Source: a virus | Lineage: Duplodnaviria; Caudoviricetes | Direction: 5' to 3' (one strand) | DNA length: 63,887 nt | IMG/VR virus record: IMGVR_UViG_3300032335_001357 | Coordinates: 1 to 63,887 of that record | Shown: piece by piece, positions 1 through 10,549 of the stretch | Numbering within the stretch: the first letter of the stretch is position 1 | Layout: each line of letters begins with the position of its first letter | Translations under genes and position numbers: made by a program | Notes under the pieces: generated by a model | The model's input: only the letters and a program-made list of their open reading frames with translations | Told to the model about the DNA's origin: nothing | Databases searched by the model: none

Positions 1-7
1 AGGATCT

Positions 8-1405
8 GTGGTAGCCAGTGGCAACATCACTGGTAACAACATCAATGGTGGCAATGTTTCTGCTACAGGCAATATTTCTGGTGACAACATTACAACTGGG
101 GGCTTGATCACAGCCACAGGCAACATCGTTACCAGCGGCTACTTTATTGGCAATGTGATTGGCAATATCACAGGAAATGTTTCAGTACCAGGGGCAAACA
201 CACAGGTTATTTTTAACAACAACGGCCAGGCTGCGGCCAGCTCAGCTCTAACGTTTGATGGATCAACACTGTTGGTATCAGGCAATGTGTCAGCCACAAC
301 TTTTTCTGGTTCTGCTGCAGGACTAACATCTATCCCTGGCGCCAATGTGTCAGGCACAGTGGCCAACGCTACTTTAGCCACTTCAGCAGGAACAGCGACC
401 ACATCCGGCACCGTCACAACAGCAGCACAGCCCAACATTACTTCAGTGGGTACATTGACATCACTCACAGTGACTGGTAATACCACATCAGGTAACTTGC
501 TCACTGGCGGCTCAATGTCGGCCACAGGAAATTTGTCCACTGGCGGTTTGATGACAGCCACAGGCAACATCATTACCAACAGCTACTTTATTGGCAACGG
601 TGCGTTGCTCACCGGAGTCAACACCACACCCAATGCCATCACCAACGGCACCACCAGCATTTCAATCCCTAGCATTAACGGCAATGCCAATATCAGTGTG
701 GGGGGATTTAGCAATGTGGTAGTGATAGCGCAAAACTTTACCACACTCACTGGGGTGCTCAGTGTGTCGGGCAACATTGTTACTGCTTCGGGCAATTTGA
801 TAGCCAACGACATTATCAGTACTGGTAGTTTTACCACAGTGCGAGCCAATGTCAGTGGCTCAGCTAGTGTAACCGGCAACATCACCACAGGTGGCAATGT
901 TACCGTGGGGTCTAACGCTGTGGTAAGTGGACAACTGAGTGTGACTGGCAATACCACTGTGAATGGGTTGACTCTGTTGTCCAATGTAAACAGTAGCCTT
1001 ACCAGCACAGGTTTCATATCATCAGTGCTGGGCTTTTTAGGACCTAGTATTATAGTATCTGGTAATGTGATAGGTGGCAATGTGGACACTGCTGGTCAAA
1101 TTTCGGCCACAGGCAACATCACAGCAGGTAATGTATACACTGCTGGTTCAGTCACAGCTTCAGGCAATGTAGTGGCTGCAAATTTTGTGGGTGGTGGCGC
1201 CGGAACTCCGCAACTGATTTCCAACACCAGTCTGGTACTGGGCGCTGCTACTGCGGTGATTGTGTCTGGCGCGCCGCTGCGTATGGCCAGTTTTACCACC
1301 ACACAACGCAATGCACTGACGGCTGTAAACGGTGACATAATTTACAATTCAACCTTGAACAAGTTCCAAGGTTACGAAAACGGCGCTTGGGCCAACATTA
1401 TCTAA
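8..1405 (+). CDS. Virion fibre/tail-associated protein with GNI(T/S)-type repeats (5' end probably outside the window)
   Basis: Dozens of SATGNITGGN-like repeats; C-terminal TTTQRNAL..NGDIIYNSTLNKFQGY motif typical of phage fibre ends. Confidence 0.7.
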   Translation: MVASGNITGNNINGGNVSATGNISGDNITTGGLITATGNIVTSGYFIGNVIGNITGNVSVPGANTQVIFNNNGQAAASSALTFDGSTLLVSGNVSATTFSGSAAGLTSIPGANVSGTVANATLATSAGTATTSGTVTTAAQPNITSVGTLTSLTVTGNTTSGNLLTGGSMSATGNLSTGGLMTATGNIITNSYFIGNGALLTGVNTTPNAITNGTTSISIPSINGNANISVGGFSNVVVIAQNFTTLTGVLSVSGNIVTASGNLIANDIISTGSFTTVRANVSGSASVTGNITTGGNVTVGSNAVVSGQLSVTGNTTVNGLTLLSNVNSSLTSTGFISSVLGFLGPSIIVSGNVIGGNVDTAGQISATGNITAGNVYTAGSVTASGNVVAANFVGGGAGTPQLISNTSLVLGAATAVIVSGAPLRMASFTTTQRNALTAVNGDIIYNSTLNKFQGYENGAWANII

Positions 1406-1411
1406 TAAAAC

Positions 1412-2983
1412 ATGGAACGCGAATACAACGTAATTCTCAAAAAAGGTGTGGACTACACGGCCTTTTGGCATGAAATGGAAACTGCTGGGCAACACAGTGC
1501 GGCTGTACCTGAACGAGCAGTGACCATTGTCAATGACCGATCAGTGATGCAACGACAGTGTCATTATGCCTTGACTGATGAGGAAGCCAAAGCTATTAGA
1601 CTTGATCCACGAGTACTGGCCGTGGAAATTCCTCCTGAACAACAGCCAGACTTGATTGCCGCACCATGTGCGGTGCAACGCGGCAACTGGAGTTATTCCG
1701 CTAGTGCCACGGTGGCATTGAACTATGGAATGTTTCGTTGTGTGACCAGCGATAATTCCAATTTTGCACAAGCAAGCAATGGTGAATTCCCTTACATGTT
1801 GGACGGCACCGGTGTGGATGTTGTGATACAAGACTCCGGATGCCAAACCGATCATCCCGAATGGCAAGATGCCAATGGTGTATCAAGATTTCAGGTCATA
1901 GACTGGTATTCAGCCAGTGGGGTACCAGGAACTCAAAATGCCAATTTTTATTCGGATTACTATGGGCACGGCACGCACTGTGCTGGCACGGTGGCCGGCA
2001 AAACATATGGTTGGGCCAAAAATGCCAGGATCTATGCCATGCACATTCCTTTAACGGATATTCCAGGAAACGAGTATGCAATACCCATCACCACCAGTTT
2101 TGAATGCATACTGGGGTGGCACCTAAACAAACCCATTGACCCTGTGACCGGATTTCGCCGACCCACAGTGGTAGCAGCCAGTTGGGGTTCCATTGCCGAG
2201 TATACCAGCTTTGATGGTGTGCAATATCGCGGCCAAGACTATGGCGGTTCTGTGAACACTGCGCTAGGCATGACCAGCTATTTGAACAACAATAAGTATC
2301 CTACCAGAAACAATACGTTTGATGCCAGCATAGACGAATTAATGGACAACGGAATCATGTACGTACACGCTGCCGGCAACAACACCATCACAGCTGATGT
2401 GCCCGGCGGTGCCGACTACGACAACAACATTTTTGACGAATTCTTTGGGTTTGAGTATGATCGCAGATATTATCAGCGCGGCATGAGTCCCACAGATCCC
2501 AGCCAACGATCAATCAATGTGGGGTCGGCAGCAATACTGGGATTTGCATCACCTCCCAACAACAAAGCCAATTACAGCAACACTGGCAACTTTGTTGACC
2601 TGTTTGCACCAGGTGATGACATAATCAGTACCTGGAGTAATCTAGCAGACAGTGCAAACACATATACATATCCTCAAAATCCCAGTTTTAAAATAAAGTA
2701 CCTCAGTGGAACCAGCATGGCCTGCCCCCAAGTGGCTGGATTTGTGGCCTGCTTGTATCAGCGTTGGCCCGGTGCTTCGGTGTCGTTTATCAAGAGTCAA
2801 CTGATCAACAATTACACAGTGTCTGGGGTGATGCGAGCCAGTGCCAGCTACACTGACTACACTGACAATATCAGTGTGCGCGGAACCAATCGCTTTTTGT
2901 TCATGAATGACATTGCGTCAGCTACCAATGGATCTGTGAATCTTAATGGAGTTTCTGTGACCAATTTAAATCTAAGGTTCTAA
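1412..2983 (+). CDS. Subtilisin-like S8 serine protease, probably virion-associated
   Basis: Catalytic motifs VVIQDSG, HGTHCAGTVAG, AAGN and SGTSMACPQVAG; N-terminal propeptide-like region; sits among structural genes. Confidence 0.92.
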   Translation: MEREYNVILKKGVDYTAFWHEMETAGQHSAAVPERAVTIVNDRSVMQRQCHYALTDEEAKAIRLDPRVLAVEIPPEQQPDLIAAPCAVQRGNWSYSASATVALNYGMFRCVTSDNSNFAQASNGEFPYMLDGTGVDVVIQDSGCQTDHPEWQDANGVSRFQVIDWYSASGVPGTQNANFYSDYYGHGTHCAGTVAGKTYGWAKNARIYAMHIPLTDIPGNEYAIPITTSFECILGWHLNKPIDPVTGFRRPTVVAASWGSIAEYTSFDGVQYRGQDYGGSVNTALGMTSYLNNNKYPTRNNTFDASIDELMDNGIMYVHAAGNNTITADVPGGADYDNNIFDEFFGFEYDRRYYQRGMSPTDPSQRSINVGSAAILGFASPPNNKANYSNTGNFVDLFAPGDDIISTWSNLADSANTYTYPQNPSFKIKYLSGTSMACPQVAGFVACLYQRWPGASVSFIKSQLINNYTVSGVMRASASYTDYTDNISVRGTNRFLFMNDIASATNGSVNLNGVSVTNLNLRF

Positions 2984-2984
2984 C

Positions 2985-5900
2985 ATGGCACAACCAATTT
3001 GGATCACTCCCGCTGGCAGCTTGGGCACGGTTCCCGAGGGTGTGTTCTATCAACAGAATTTGTTGGCCAGCACAGAACCCTTGGCAGTGGTCACATGCAC
3101 AGCAACCACAGCTTCTAACAACCGCATAACCTGTGCCAGCACCGCAGGATTTTGGCCTGGCATGAACGTGACATTTTCTGGTGCCACCATTGGGGGCATC
3201 AGCAGCGAAGTTCGATATTTTGTGCTGGCAGTGGTCAACGCCACACAGTTTACTATCTCAGACACTGAATTCAGTACTACTGCCATCAATTTAATCACAG
3301 AATCTGGTTCTATGACTGCGGCGTTTACGCAGCATGTGTATTATCGATTGCAGTCGGGAGCTTTGCCCGACGGGGTGCAAGTCACTGACAACGGCGTCAT
3401 TGAAGGCATTCCCATGGCCGTGGCCAGTCTTCAAGGTGTGCCGTTTGAAGTTGGTCGCGACGTACTCAGCAAATTTGTGATCCGCGGTTATACCACAACT
3501 AGATTGGGAACTTTGGATCGTATTGCAGATCGCACATTCAGTCTCACTGTGACCGGGGACGACATTCCTGATTTTGCAACACCAGCTGGCAGCATTGGTA
3601 CCTATTACGATAGCGACCTTATCAACTACCAGATTCAATTAACTGACAGTGACCCTGATGACATCATACAAGTGAGATTGGTGGCAGGTCAGTTACCAGG
3701 TGGCGTTACTGTAACGCCACAAGGCCTGATCACAGGCTACATTGAGCCAGCCCCCAATGTTGACGAGCCTCCTGGTTATGACGTCACGCCCATTTACACA
3801 TTGCCCTATGACTTCATTGTGAGCAGTGTGAGTCGCAATTATCAATTTACCTTGGAAGTCACCGACGGCCGTCAAGGCAATTTGAGAACATTTGAATTTT
3901 TTGTGTGGGACCGCGCCGCACTCACAGCCGACAACACTGTGATCACTGCTGACACCACCACTATCACTGCCGACGTTACCACAGTTCGAGCACCGTTTAT
4001 AACCAATGCCAGCCCCAGCAATCTAGGCACAGTTCGCGGCGACAATTACTATGCCTATCAATTCCTGGGCGAAGATTATGATACCCCAGACATTGTGTAT
4101 GCCATCAGCGTAAACCAAGGTTTTGGTTTGCCGCCAGGCCTGGCGCTTGACCCTGAGTCGGGATGGCTGTATGGCTACGTACCGGATCAAGGTGTAACCG
4201 AAGTTGAATACAGTTTCAATATTGCTGTGTACCAACTTGATGCAGTGGGTGCTGCGGTAACCTGCACTGCCACAACATTTGGAACCAATCGCATAACTTG
4301 TGCCAGCACAGCCGATATTGGCGCCGGAACTGCCATCAAGTTCTCAGGTACTGGCTTTGGTGGTGTAAGCACTGCTGCCACCACCATTTACTGGGTTCTA
4401 AGTGTGGTCAACGGCACACAGTTTACCATCACAGCCAACGAAGGCAGCACCGTGCCAGTGACACTGAGCACAGCGTCAGGCAGCATGACATTTGCGCCCA
4501 TTGTGGCCAGCCCGCAGTATCCATTCACACTCACTGTGAGTGGCGCTGTAGATGCTGAAGTGACTTGGCTCACTCCGGCCAATCTTGGATCAATAGAAAA
4601 TGGCGAAACCAGTGTGTTGGTGATTCAGGCCGAAAATCGTGGTGGTCGAGCACTCCAATACCGACTCAAGAGCGGTGCATTCAATGAGTTGCCACAAGCT
4701 CTAGAACTGTTGCCCACAGGCGAAATCGTGGGTCGTGTGAGTTTCAATACTTTTGCATTTGATCTTGGCGACACCATAATTGACGACAACACCACAACCT
4801 GGGACTCAACATTTACTTTCACTGTCAATGCCTACGCCGAAGACACTGAACAAATTTTGTATGAAGTAGAAAGCGTCACAGTGGCCAATGGTGGCACTGG
4901 GTACAGTTCAATCACACCCCCAGCGCTGGTTTTTAGCACTCCCATAGGGGCAACAGCATTACAGGCCCAAGTAGACACTGTGACAGTGACCGGTGGTGTG
5001 GTCACAGCAGTGACCTTGAGCAACAATGGAGGTGGATACACTTCACCGGCCACACTCACAGTGGCCGAAGGCTATGGTGGCACCGGTGCAGCGTTTGTGC
5101 CAGTTATGCGTGCCACCGGTGCTCGAGATGCTGTGAGCGCATTCAAAACATTCACAGTGAGATTGATTAGGGCCTACAACAAACCCTATCAGAATCTTGT
5201 GTGCGAAGCCATGCCGCCCGAAAACGATCGTGTGTTGATAGATTCTTTGTTGAACAATGAAGACATCTTTGTACCAGATTACATCTACAGACCGGAAGAT
5301 CCCAATTTTGGCAAAGCCACAAGAGTGGTGTATCAACACGCATTTGGACTAGAGCCCGACATCATCGATCAGTACGTGGCCAGCCTCTACCTTAACCACT
5401 ACTGGAAAAATTTGGTTTTGGGCAGCATTGAAACTGCACAAGCTCTCAACCCAGACGGTACTGTGTTATACGAAGTTGTTTACAGTCGCATTGTTGATGA
5501 CCTAGTGAACAATCAAGGTGAAAGTGTCAGCAAGATTGTGACCCTGCCTTATGCCATAATAGATCCTGCTGACCAAAGTACTGAAATACGATCAGTGTAT
5601 CCCAACAGTCTTGTGAACATGCGTGATCAAGTGATTGATGTTGTGGGACAGCTCAGCACCAAGTTGCCGACCTGGATGGTCAGCAAACAAACCAATGGTC
5701 GTGTGTTGGGCTTTACTCCTTCCTGGGTATTGTGCTATACCAAACCAGGTCGCAGCAAACAGATTGCCTATTACATTGAAAACATCTTTGGTGAGCAGTT
5801 GAATCGTGTGGACTTCAAGGTGGATCGTTATGTGCTGGATCGCACACTCAGTGCCAACTGGGATACTACAACACAGGATTGGGTTCCTGAGCCCAATCTC

Positions 5901-6536
5901 ACTACGTTTGACCGATTTGACACTGTGGGCTACAGCTACATTGGTACTGTAGAGATTGGCACCAATCTGGCGTTTGTGGATATCAATAACCGCCCCCTGA
6001 GCTATATCAACAGCTTGGGCGGTTTTGACGGCATCATAAATCAAGTCAACAATGCCACATTGATATTTGTAAATCAAGAATCATATCCAGGATTTCCCAG
6101 TGTTGATGCTGCTTGGCAGGACTACATTTATCCTTATGACATGACTGGGTTTGATGCTGCGGGAACTGAGTTTGATGAAAGTGTTACTGTGCCCGGAGGC
6201 GACGGCAGCACAGTGAACCAGCGCATGGCCATATGGCGCATCACTGTGGATCCCTTGACTGAAATTGTGACCTTGACCATAGAAAGTCAGCCCGTGGTCA
6301 ATGACTGGGTACAGATCACTCGTGGAACTGAATATCTCAATGCCCAACTTTACTATCCCTCAGTACCCGGTCCGGGCTTTACTGAAATCAGCTGGTTGCC
6401 CTTGGAAACTGTGCCCACAGAAGAAACCACGTTTGACGAAGGCAGCATGGCGTTTGAAGAGCCAGTGGATATGTACGATCCTACAGATCGTCAGGATAAA
6501 TATCTGGTCTTCCCCAGATCCAACATTTTGGTATAA
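2985..6536 (+). CDS. Large virion structural protein with putative Ig-like repeats
   Basis: Repeated W.TPAGSLG and G.LP.GL.L...G.I.G motifs; two VTCTATT..NRITCAST modules. Confidence 0.7.
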   Translation: MAQPIWITPAGSLGTVPEGVFYQQNLLASTEPLAVVTCTATTASNNRITCASTAGFWPGMNVTFSGATIGGISSEVRYFVLAVVNATQFTISDTEFSTTAINLITESGSMTAAFTQHVYYRLQSGALPDGVQVTDNGVIEGIPMAVASLQGVPFEVGRDVLSKFVIRGYTTTRLGTLDRIADRTFSLTVTGDDIPDFATPAGSIGTYYDSDLINYQIQLTDSDPDDIIQVRLVAGQLPGGVTVTPQGLITGYIEPAPNVDEPPGYDVTPIYTLPYDFIVSSVSRNYQFTLEVTDGRQGNLRTFEFFVWDRAALTADNTVITADTTTITADVTTVRAPFITNASPSNLGTVRGDNYYAYQFLGEDYDTPDIVYAISVNQGFGLPPGLALDPESGWLYGYVPDQGVTEVEYSFNIAVYQLDAVGAAVTCTATTFGTNRITCASTADIGAGTAIKFSGTGFGGVSTAATTIYWVLSVVNGTQFTITANEGSTVPVTLSTASGSMTFAPIVASPQYPFTLTVSGAVDAEVTWLTPANLGSIENGETSVLVIQAENRGGRALQYRLKSGAFNELPQALELLPTGEIVGRVSFNTFAFDLGDTIIDDNTTTWDSTFTFTVNAYAEDTEQILYEVESVTVANGGTGYSSITPPALVFSTPIGATALQAQVDTVTVTGGVVTAVTLSNNGGGYTSPATLTVAEGYGGTGAAFVPVMRATGARDAVSAFKTFTVRLIRAYNKPYQNLVCEAMPPENDRVLIDSLLNNEDIFVPDYIYRPEDPNFGKATRVVYQHAFGLEPDIIDQYVASLYLNHYWKNLVLGSIETAQALNPDGTVLYEVVYSRIVDDLVNNQGESVSKIVTLPYAIIDPADQSTEIRSVYPNSLVNMRDQVIDVVGQLSTKLPTWMVSKQTNGRVLGFTPSWVLCYTKPGRSKQIAYYIENIFGEQLNRVDFKVDRYVLDRTLSANWDTTTQDWVPEPNLTTFDRFDTVGYSYIGTVEIGTNLAFVDINNRPLSYINSLGGFDGIINQVNNATLIFVNQESYPGFPSVDAAWQDYIYPYDMTGFDAAGTEFDESVTVPGGDGSTVNQRMAIWRITVDPLTEIVTLTIESQPVVNDWVQITRGTEYLNAQLYYPSVPGPGFTEISWLPLETVPTEETTFDEGSMAFEEPVDMYDPTDRQDKYLVFPRSNILV

Positions 6537-6539
6537 TCA

Positions 6540-8027
6540 ATGACAAGTGCAATAAATCCCAACAACATTGACGGCAACTACCCAGTTGCTGGTCAAGACA
6601 ACAGCTCGCAGGGCATGCGTGACAATTTCACCAATATCAAGGTGAACTTTCAATCTGCAGCCGCCGAAATCACTGACATACAGAACAAGGGGATTTTCAA
6701 GAGTGCGCTGACAGGATCCACATTGGACAACAACATGGCCGATGCAGTGTTGTATGCAGCACAGATTAGAGATTTTTCTGGAACCACTGTGAGTGTGACT
6801 GGTACTTCGGGATCAATCCTCATCAACTATGTGCAAGGTCATTATCAAACCATTACCACATCAGGATCAATCACACTGAGTTTTGCCAATTTTCCGCCAG
6901 TGAGTCAGTATGGCTACATCAAGCTGCAAATCAATATCACCAACACTGCGCACACTGTGACCTTGCCGGCTGCTGTGACCTTGGGCACTTCGGGACTGCA
7001 AGGCTACAGTGCAGGAACCATAACATTCAGTCAAACTGGCATTTATGAATTTGGCTTTGGCACATACAATGCTGGCGCCACCATAACCATTTTTGACCTA
7101 AACCGTGCCTTGACCAACTTCAGTGGTGCTGATCTTGTGATTGACGATGTCACTGCCTCGGGCAACATCTTGGCCACTGGCGTCAACAGTGTGATCAGTT
7201 CGGCTGGCAATGTTGTGGCCACAGGCAATGTCACTGCTGGCTCAACTGTGATTGCCAACAATGTCACAGCTACTAGCAGCATCAGTGCTGCGGGCAACGT
7301 GGCCGGCGGCAATGTGATTGCAACCACAGCTTTTAGCACCACTGGTTCAGTGTTGGCCACCACAGTGCAAGGATATATTCGCCCTAGCTCAGGTTCAGCC
7401 AGTCAAGCACCATTGCAATTTGCTGCTGGCACCTCACTTTCTGCCGCAGCAGCCGGTGCCTGGGAATATGATGGTCAAACTTTCTATGCCGCTCCCACAG
7501 CACTGCAACGTGGTGTGGTTCCTGTAGACCATTTTGTTATACTCAACACTGCATACACTGGCACCGACAGTGCCTCGGCACAGCAGGTGTTTAATGTTCC
7601 TGCAAATGGTGCTGTGACTCTGGAAGCCAATACCACTTACTTCTTTGAAGGTTTGTATTATATCACACGATCAGCTGGTACCACAAGTCACACCTTGAGC
7701 ACATTGTTTGCACTAGGCGGCACACTGACCAGTATCACGTACCTTGCTGAAACCACCAGTACTGCTGGTAATATACTGAGCTCTGACAGTAGAATTTATG
7801 CCACAGCAGCCACAGCCACCGTGGTAACCGCGGCATCAACCACAGCAAATGAAAACATCACTGTGCATTTGCGGGGAGTAATACGCACCAATACCGCAGG
7901 AACATTTACTCCCCAAATTCAATATTCAGCTGCGCCTGGCGGGGCACCAACTATTTTGGCCAACAGCTTTTTCCGATTGACACCTGTGGGCAACGGTAGT
8001 GTGACCACAGTGGGAAATTGGAGTTGA
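6540..8027 (+). CDS. Virion structural/fibre protein
   Basis: N-terminal YPVAGQDNSSQGMRDNF, Thr/Gly/Ala-rich beta repeats, co-transcribed with structural genes. Confidence 0.6.
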   Translation: MTSAINPNNIDGNYPVAGQDNSSQGMRDNFTNIKVNFQSAAAEITDIQNKGIFKSALTGSTLDNNMADAVLYAAQIRDFSGTTVSVTGTSGSILINYVQGHYQTITTSGSITLSFANFPPVSQYGYIKLQINITNTAHTVTLPAAVTLGTSGLQGYSAGTITFSQTGIYEFGFGTYNAGATITIFDLNRALTNFSGADLVIDDVTASGNILATGVNSVISSAGNVVATGNVTAGSTVIANNVTATSSISAAGNVAGGNVIATTAFSTTGSVLATTVQGYIRPSSGSASQAPLQFAAGTSLSAAAAGAWEYDGQTFYAAPTALQRGVVPVDHFVILNTAYTGTDSASAQQVFNVPANGAVTLEANTTYFFEGLYYITRSAGTTSHTLSTLFALGGTLTSITYLAETTSTAGNILSSDSRIYATAATATVVTAASTTANENITVHLRGVIRTNTAGTFTPQIQYSAAPGGAPTILANSFFRLTPVGNGSVTTVGNWS

Positions 8028-8052
8028 CACACAGCAGTGATCCAAGTATAAT
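8024..8052 (+). promoter_or_regulatory. Consensus sigma70 promoter
   Basis: TTGACA (8024-8029), 17-nt spacer, TATAAT (8047-8052); ATG 6 nt downstream. Confidence 0.85.
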
Positions 8053-8058
8053 ATACAC

Positions 8059-8295
8059 ATGGAACACCCACTGATCACCAATGTTGACCAACTCACTGTA
8101 GACGAACTCAGTCAACGCATTTCGGACCTAACCAAGAAACTGCAAATTGCCCAAAACTCAGGCAATGGGCATTTGTGCCATCAAATTAGAATGGCTCTAG
8201 AAACTCATCGCAACAAGTATCTTGAACGAGTTCAAGATACCTATGCTCGTCAAATCAAAGACACGGGCCTAGACAACAAGATTCAAATACAATGA
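8059..8295 (+). CDS. Hypothetical coiled-coil protein
   Basis: ORF directly after the sigma70 promoter; ATGA overlap with the next gene. Confidence 0.7.
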   Translation: MEHPLITNVDQLTVDELSQRISDLTKKLQIAQNSGNGHLCHQIRMALETHRNKYLERVQDTYARQIKDTGLDNKIQIQ

Positions 8296-8891
8296 ACGTA
8301 AAACTGCAATACGACATGGATTTCATGGCCGGCATCTGGTACAACGGCCAGTTGCAGATGAATCACTACAGTCTCAGCATGAGCATGTTGACCCAGACCA
8401 TGGACTCAGCAGCTACCAATGTGGCCATGGATCGACTCAAATACTTTGTGTTGGCTCACATGCAAAACACAGTGTTTATTGATCAACAACAACTAGAAAT
8501 AGCCGAAATGCTAAAAACTCTGGGCGTGAATGTAACTACTTTGCCCGGAGAACCAGTTGACCAGCTGGTAGGCATCATGCTATACTGCAAGCTCAATGCC
8601 ATCATGGAAAATCGCATGATCATTACATCCTTGGACATCAACAGTGTGTTGGGAGATTCGGTGTGGTACCGACACGACGAAGAAGATGCCCTGGGTCCGT
8701 TTGTGCAAGATGGCTGGTGGAGTCGTGCTAGTACACAGCATGATGTAGTGGATCTTGAACCGGTCACTGACAACGTGGTCAAAGTCACTACACAGGGCTG
8801 GCATGACGTAGGCCTAGAATGGGTCGACACCCCTGAATCCTCTACTGCAAACACCATTGTATATGTAAATTTTGGTCGCAATGAACATTGA
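8292..8891 (+). CDS. Hypothetical protein
   Basis: 199-aa ORF coupled to both neighbours. Confidence 0.7.
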   Translation: MNVKLQYDMDFMAGIWYNGQLQMNHYSLSMSMLTQTMDSAATNVAMDRLKYFVLAHMQNTVFIDQQQLEIAEMLKTLGVNVTTLPGEPVDQLVGIMLYCKLNAIMENRMIITSLDINSVLGDSVWYRHDEEDALGPFVQDGWWSRASTQHDVVDLEPVTDNVVKVTTQGWHDVGLEWVDTPESSTANTIVYVNFGRNEH

Positions 8892-9396
8892 CAAATTTGG
8901 ACAGCAGATATTTTCGTCTGCTGATATTTTGAATCTCTATCTGCGTGGGCATGATCTTGCTGTCATGCAGCGCATGCAAGTGGATCACACTGTGGATCTA
9001 GAAAGTGCAGCCATGATCCTGGACAACGTGCCCACATTTATACGCTACAATGAATTGGCTGATCAGAGTGTGGAAGAATTTGACCATCGTTGTCAAAACA
9101 TTTGGTACATGCCTGAACAGTATCGCAACATGGACATTGCTGAACATGTGTTGTCGCTTTGTGCCACCGAGGCCGAATTGCAACGTTGCGGTCAAGAGCT
9201 CATGCTGTTTCAAGAACGAGATCTTTTTGACTTGTTGCGTTATCTGGTTTATCTAGTAGACATCATGCGCAAGAATCAATTGATTTGGGGCGTGGGACGT
9301 GGCAGTTCAGTGGCCAGTTTTGTGCTGTACAAGTTGGGAGTGCACAGAATTGACAGTTTGTACTACGAATTAGATCCTGAAGAATTCTTGCGTTAA
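8881..9396 (+). CDS. Short DNA polymerase III alpha (DnaE)-like fragment
   Basis: WGVGRGSSVASFVLYKLGVHRIDSLYYELDPEEFL matches the DnaE motif GPGRGSAAGSLVAY.LGIT.VDPL.Y.L.FERFL; only ~171 aa. Confidence 0.8.
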   Translation: MNIDKFGQQIFSSADILNLYLRGHDLAVMQRMQVDHTVDLESAAMILDNVPTFIRYNELADQSVEEFDHRCQNIWYMPEQYRNMDIAEHVLSLCATEAELQRCGQELMLFQERDLFDLLRYLVYLVDIMRKNQLIWGVGRGSSVASFVLYKLGVHRIDSLYYELDPEEFLR

Positions 9397-9399
9397 ATA
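9394..9399 (+). promoter_or_regulatory. T4-like late promoter (TAAATA)
   Basis: TAAATA followed by an AGGAGG SD and ATG at 9419. Confidence 0.55.
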
Positions 9400-9418
9400 G
9401 TGTTTTAGGAGGTTAACA

Positions 9419-9637
9419 ATGACCAAAAGCATTTATCGCACTGCTCAAGGCAAACAAATTGACATGGGCAAGTTGGCGCTGCAAAATGAAAAAGTACGTG
9501 CTGTGGGCAACATGAAAGTCAACGCACGTGGTGACGCTGTGGATGATCACAACCGTGTGATTGAAACCAAAAATCAACAAGTATCTCGCAACTATCGCAA
9601 ACAAACCCTGGATGCAAATGACCGAAGTGACACATAA
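9419..9637 (+). CDS. Hypothetical protein
   Basis: Strong SD AGGAGG; 72 aa. Confidence 0.75.
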   Translation: MTKSIYRTAQGKQIDMGKLALQNEKVRAVGNMKVNARGDAVDDHNRVIETKNQQVSRNYRKQTLDANDRSDT

Positions 9638-10031
9638 ACTGGCTTTTGAGCCACACCGAATTCGCCGTGAACAACTGCGACCCTTGAACGATGCTGTGAT
9701 TGTGGCCGACATGGTATTTGACGAACGCATTACCACTGGCGGTATCATTATCATGAACGACAACGGCACCGGACGTGGTATCCGACCACGCTGGGCTGAA
9801 ATCTATGCCGTGGGGCCTGACCAACAGGATGTCTCTGTGGGTCAGTGGATCTTGGTCAGTCATGGTCGTTGGACTCGCGGTATTGACATTGAAGACGAAT
9901 TTGGCAAACGTACTCTGCGCAGAGTAGACACCAACGATATCTTGTTGGTCAGCGACGAGCCACAGCAAGATCAAACCTGGAGTGACGCTGTGCACATTGA
10001 CAAGAAACCAGACCACATGCTGCACTCATGA
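9618..10031 (+). CDS. groES: GroES-like co-chaperonin
   Basis: LRPLNDAVIV, TTGGIII, AVGP and V.VG..ILV match Cpn10; start at 9612 or 9618. Confidence 0.85.
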   Translation: MTEVTHKLAFEPHRIRREQLRPLNDAVIVADMVFDERITTGGIIIMNDNGTGRGIRPRWAEIYAVGPDQQDVSVGQWILVSHGRWTRGIDIEDEFGKRTLRRVDTNDILLVSDEPQQDQTWSDAVHIDKKPDHMLHS

Positions 10032-10261
10032 AAATAGATTGGGATGTGGCTCACATTGTTCAGCAACTACAGCGGTGCAATGCCGCTGTGCACGATTGTT
10101 ATCAAACTGGATATGTCCAATGGTCTTGCAAACAAGACCTATATCAAGTAAAATTCATACTGGATGAAATGTTGCGACGTGCACCCACCTTTAGTGGTGA
10201 GCCAGAGTGGTTGCATGAGCAGGACAAACAACAAACATGGAAAACTCTAAATGAGCGGTAA
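10028..10261 (+). CDS. Hypothetical protein
   Basis: ATGA-coupled 77-aa ORF. Confidence 0.65.
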   Translation: MKIDWDVAHIVQQLQRCNAAVHDCYQTGYVQWSCKQDLYQVKFILDEMLRRAPTFSGEPEWLHEQDKQQTWKTLNER

Positions 10262-10547
10262 AGGATCTAGACCTCGGCCATTCAGCGTGAGTCAAGATCA
10301 GTTTCAAGCAAACTTTGATGCCATTTTTGGCAAAAAGACCGTGTTGTCAGCCGAATCGGCTGACCACTGTCAGTGTCACTGCTATAATTGTAACAAGGAC
10401 AGAAAAACAGAGTCTGGGTGGCCCGTGGTGCTGACTAGAATGATTGTTTGTCCCCAGTGTGGTAACAAACGTTGTCCACATTCCACAGATCACAATTTAG
10501 AATGTACTGGGTCAAATGAGCCTGGGCAGCCCAGTAGCCGCTATTGA
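10251..10547 (+). CDS. Small Cys/His-rich, probably Zn-binding protein
   Basis: CQCHCYNC...CPQCGNKRCPH...C. Confidence 0.65.
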   Translation: MSGKGSRPRPFSVSQDQFQANFDAIFGKKTVLSAESADHCQCHCYNCNKDRKTESGWPVVLTRMIVCPQCGNKRCPHSTDHNLECTGSNEPGQPSSRY

Positions 10548-10549
10548 CC

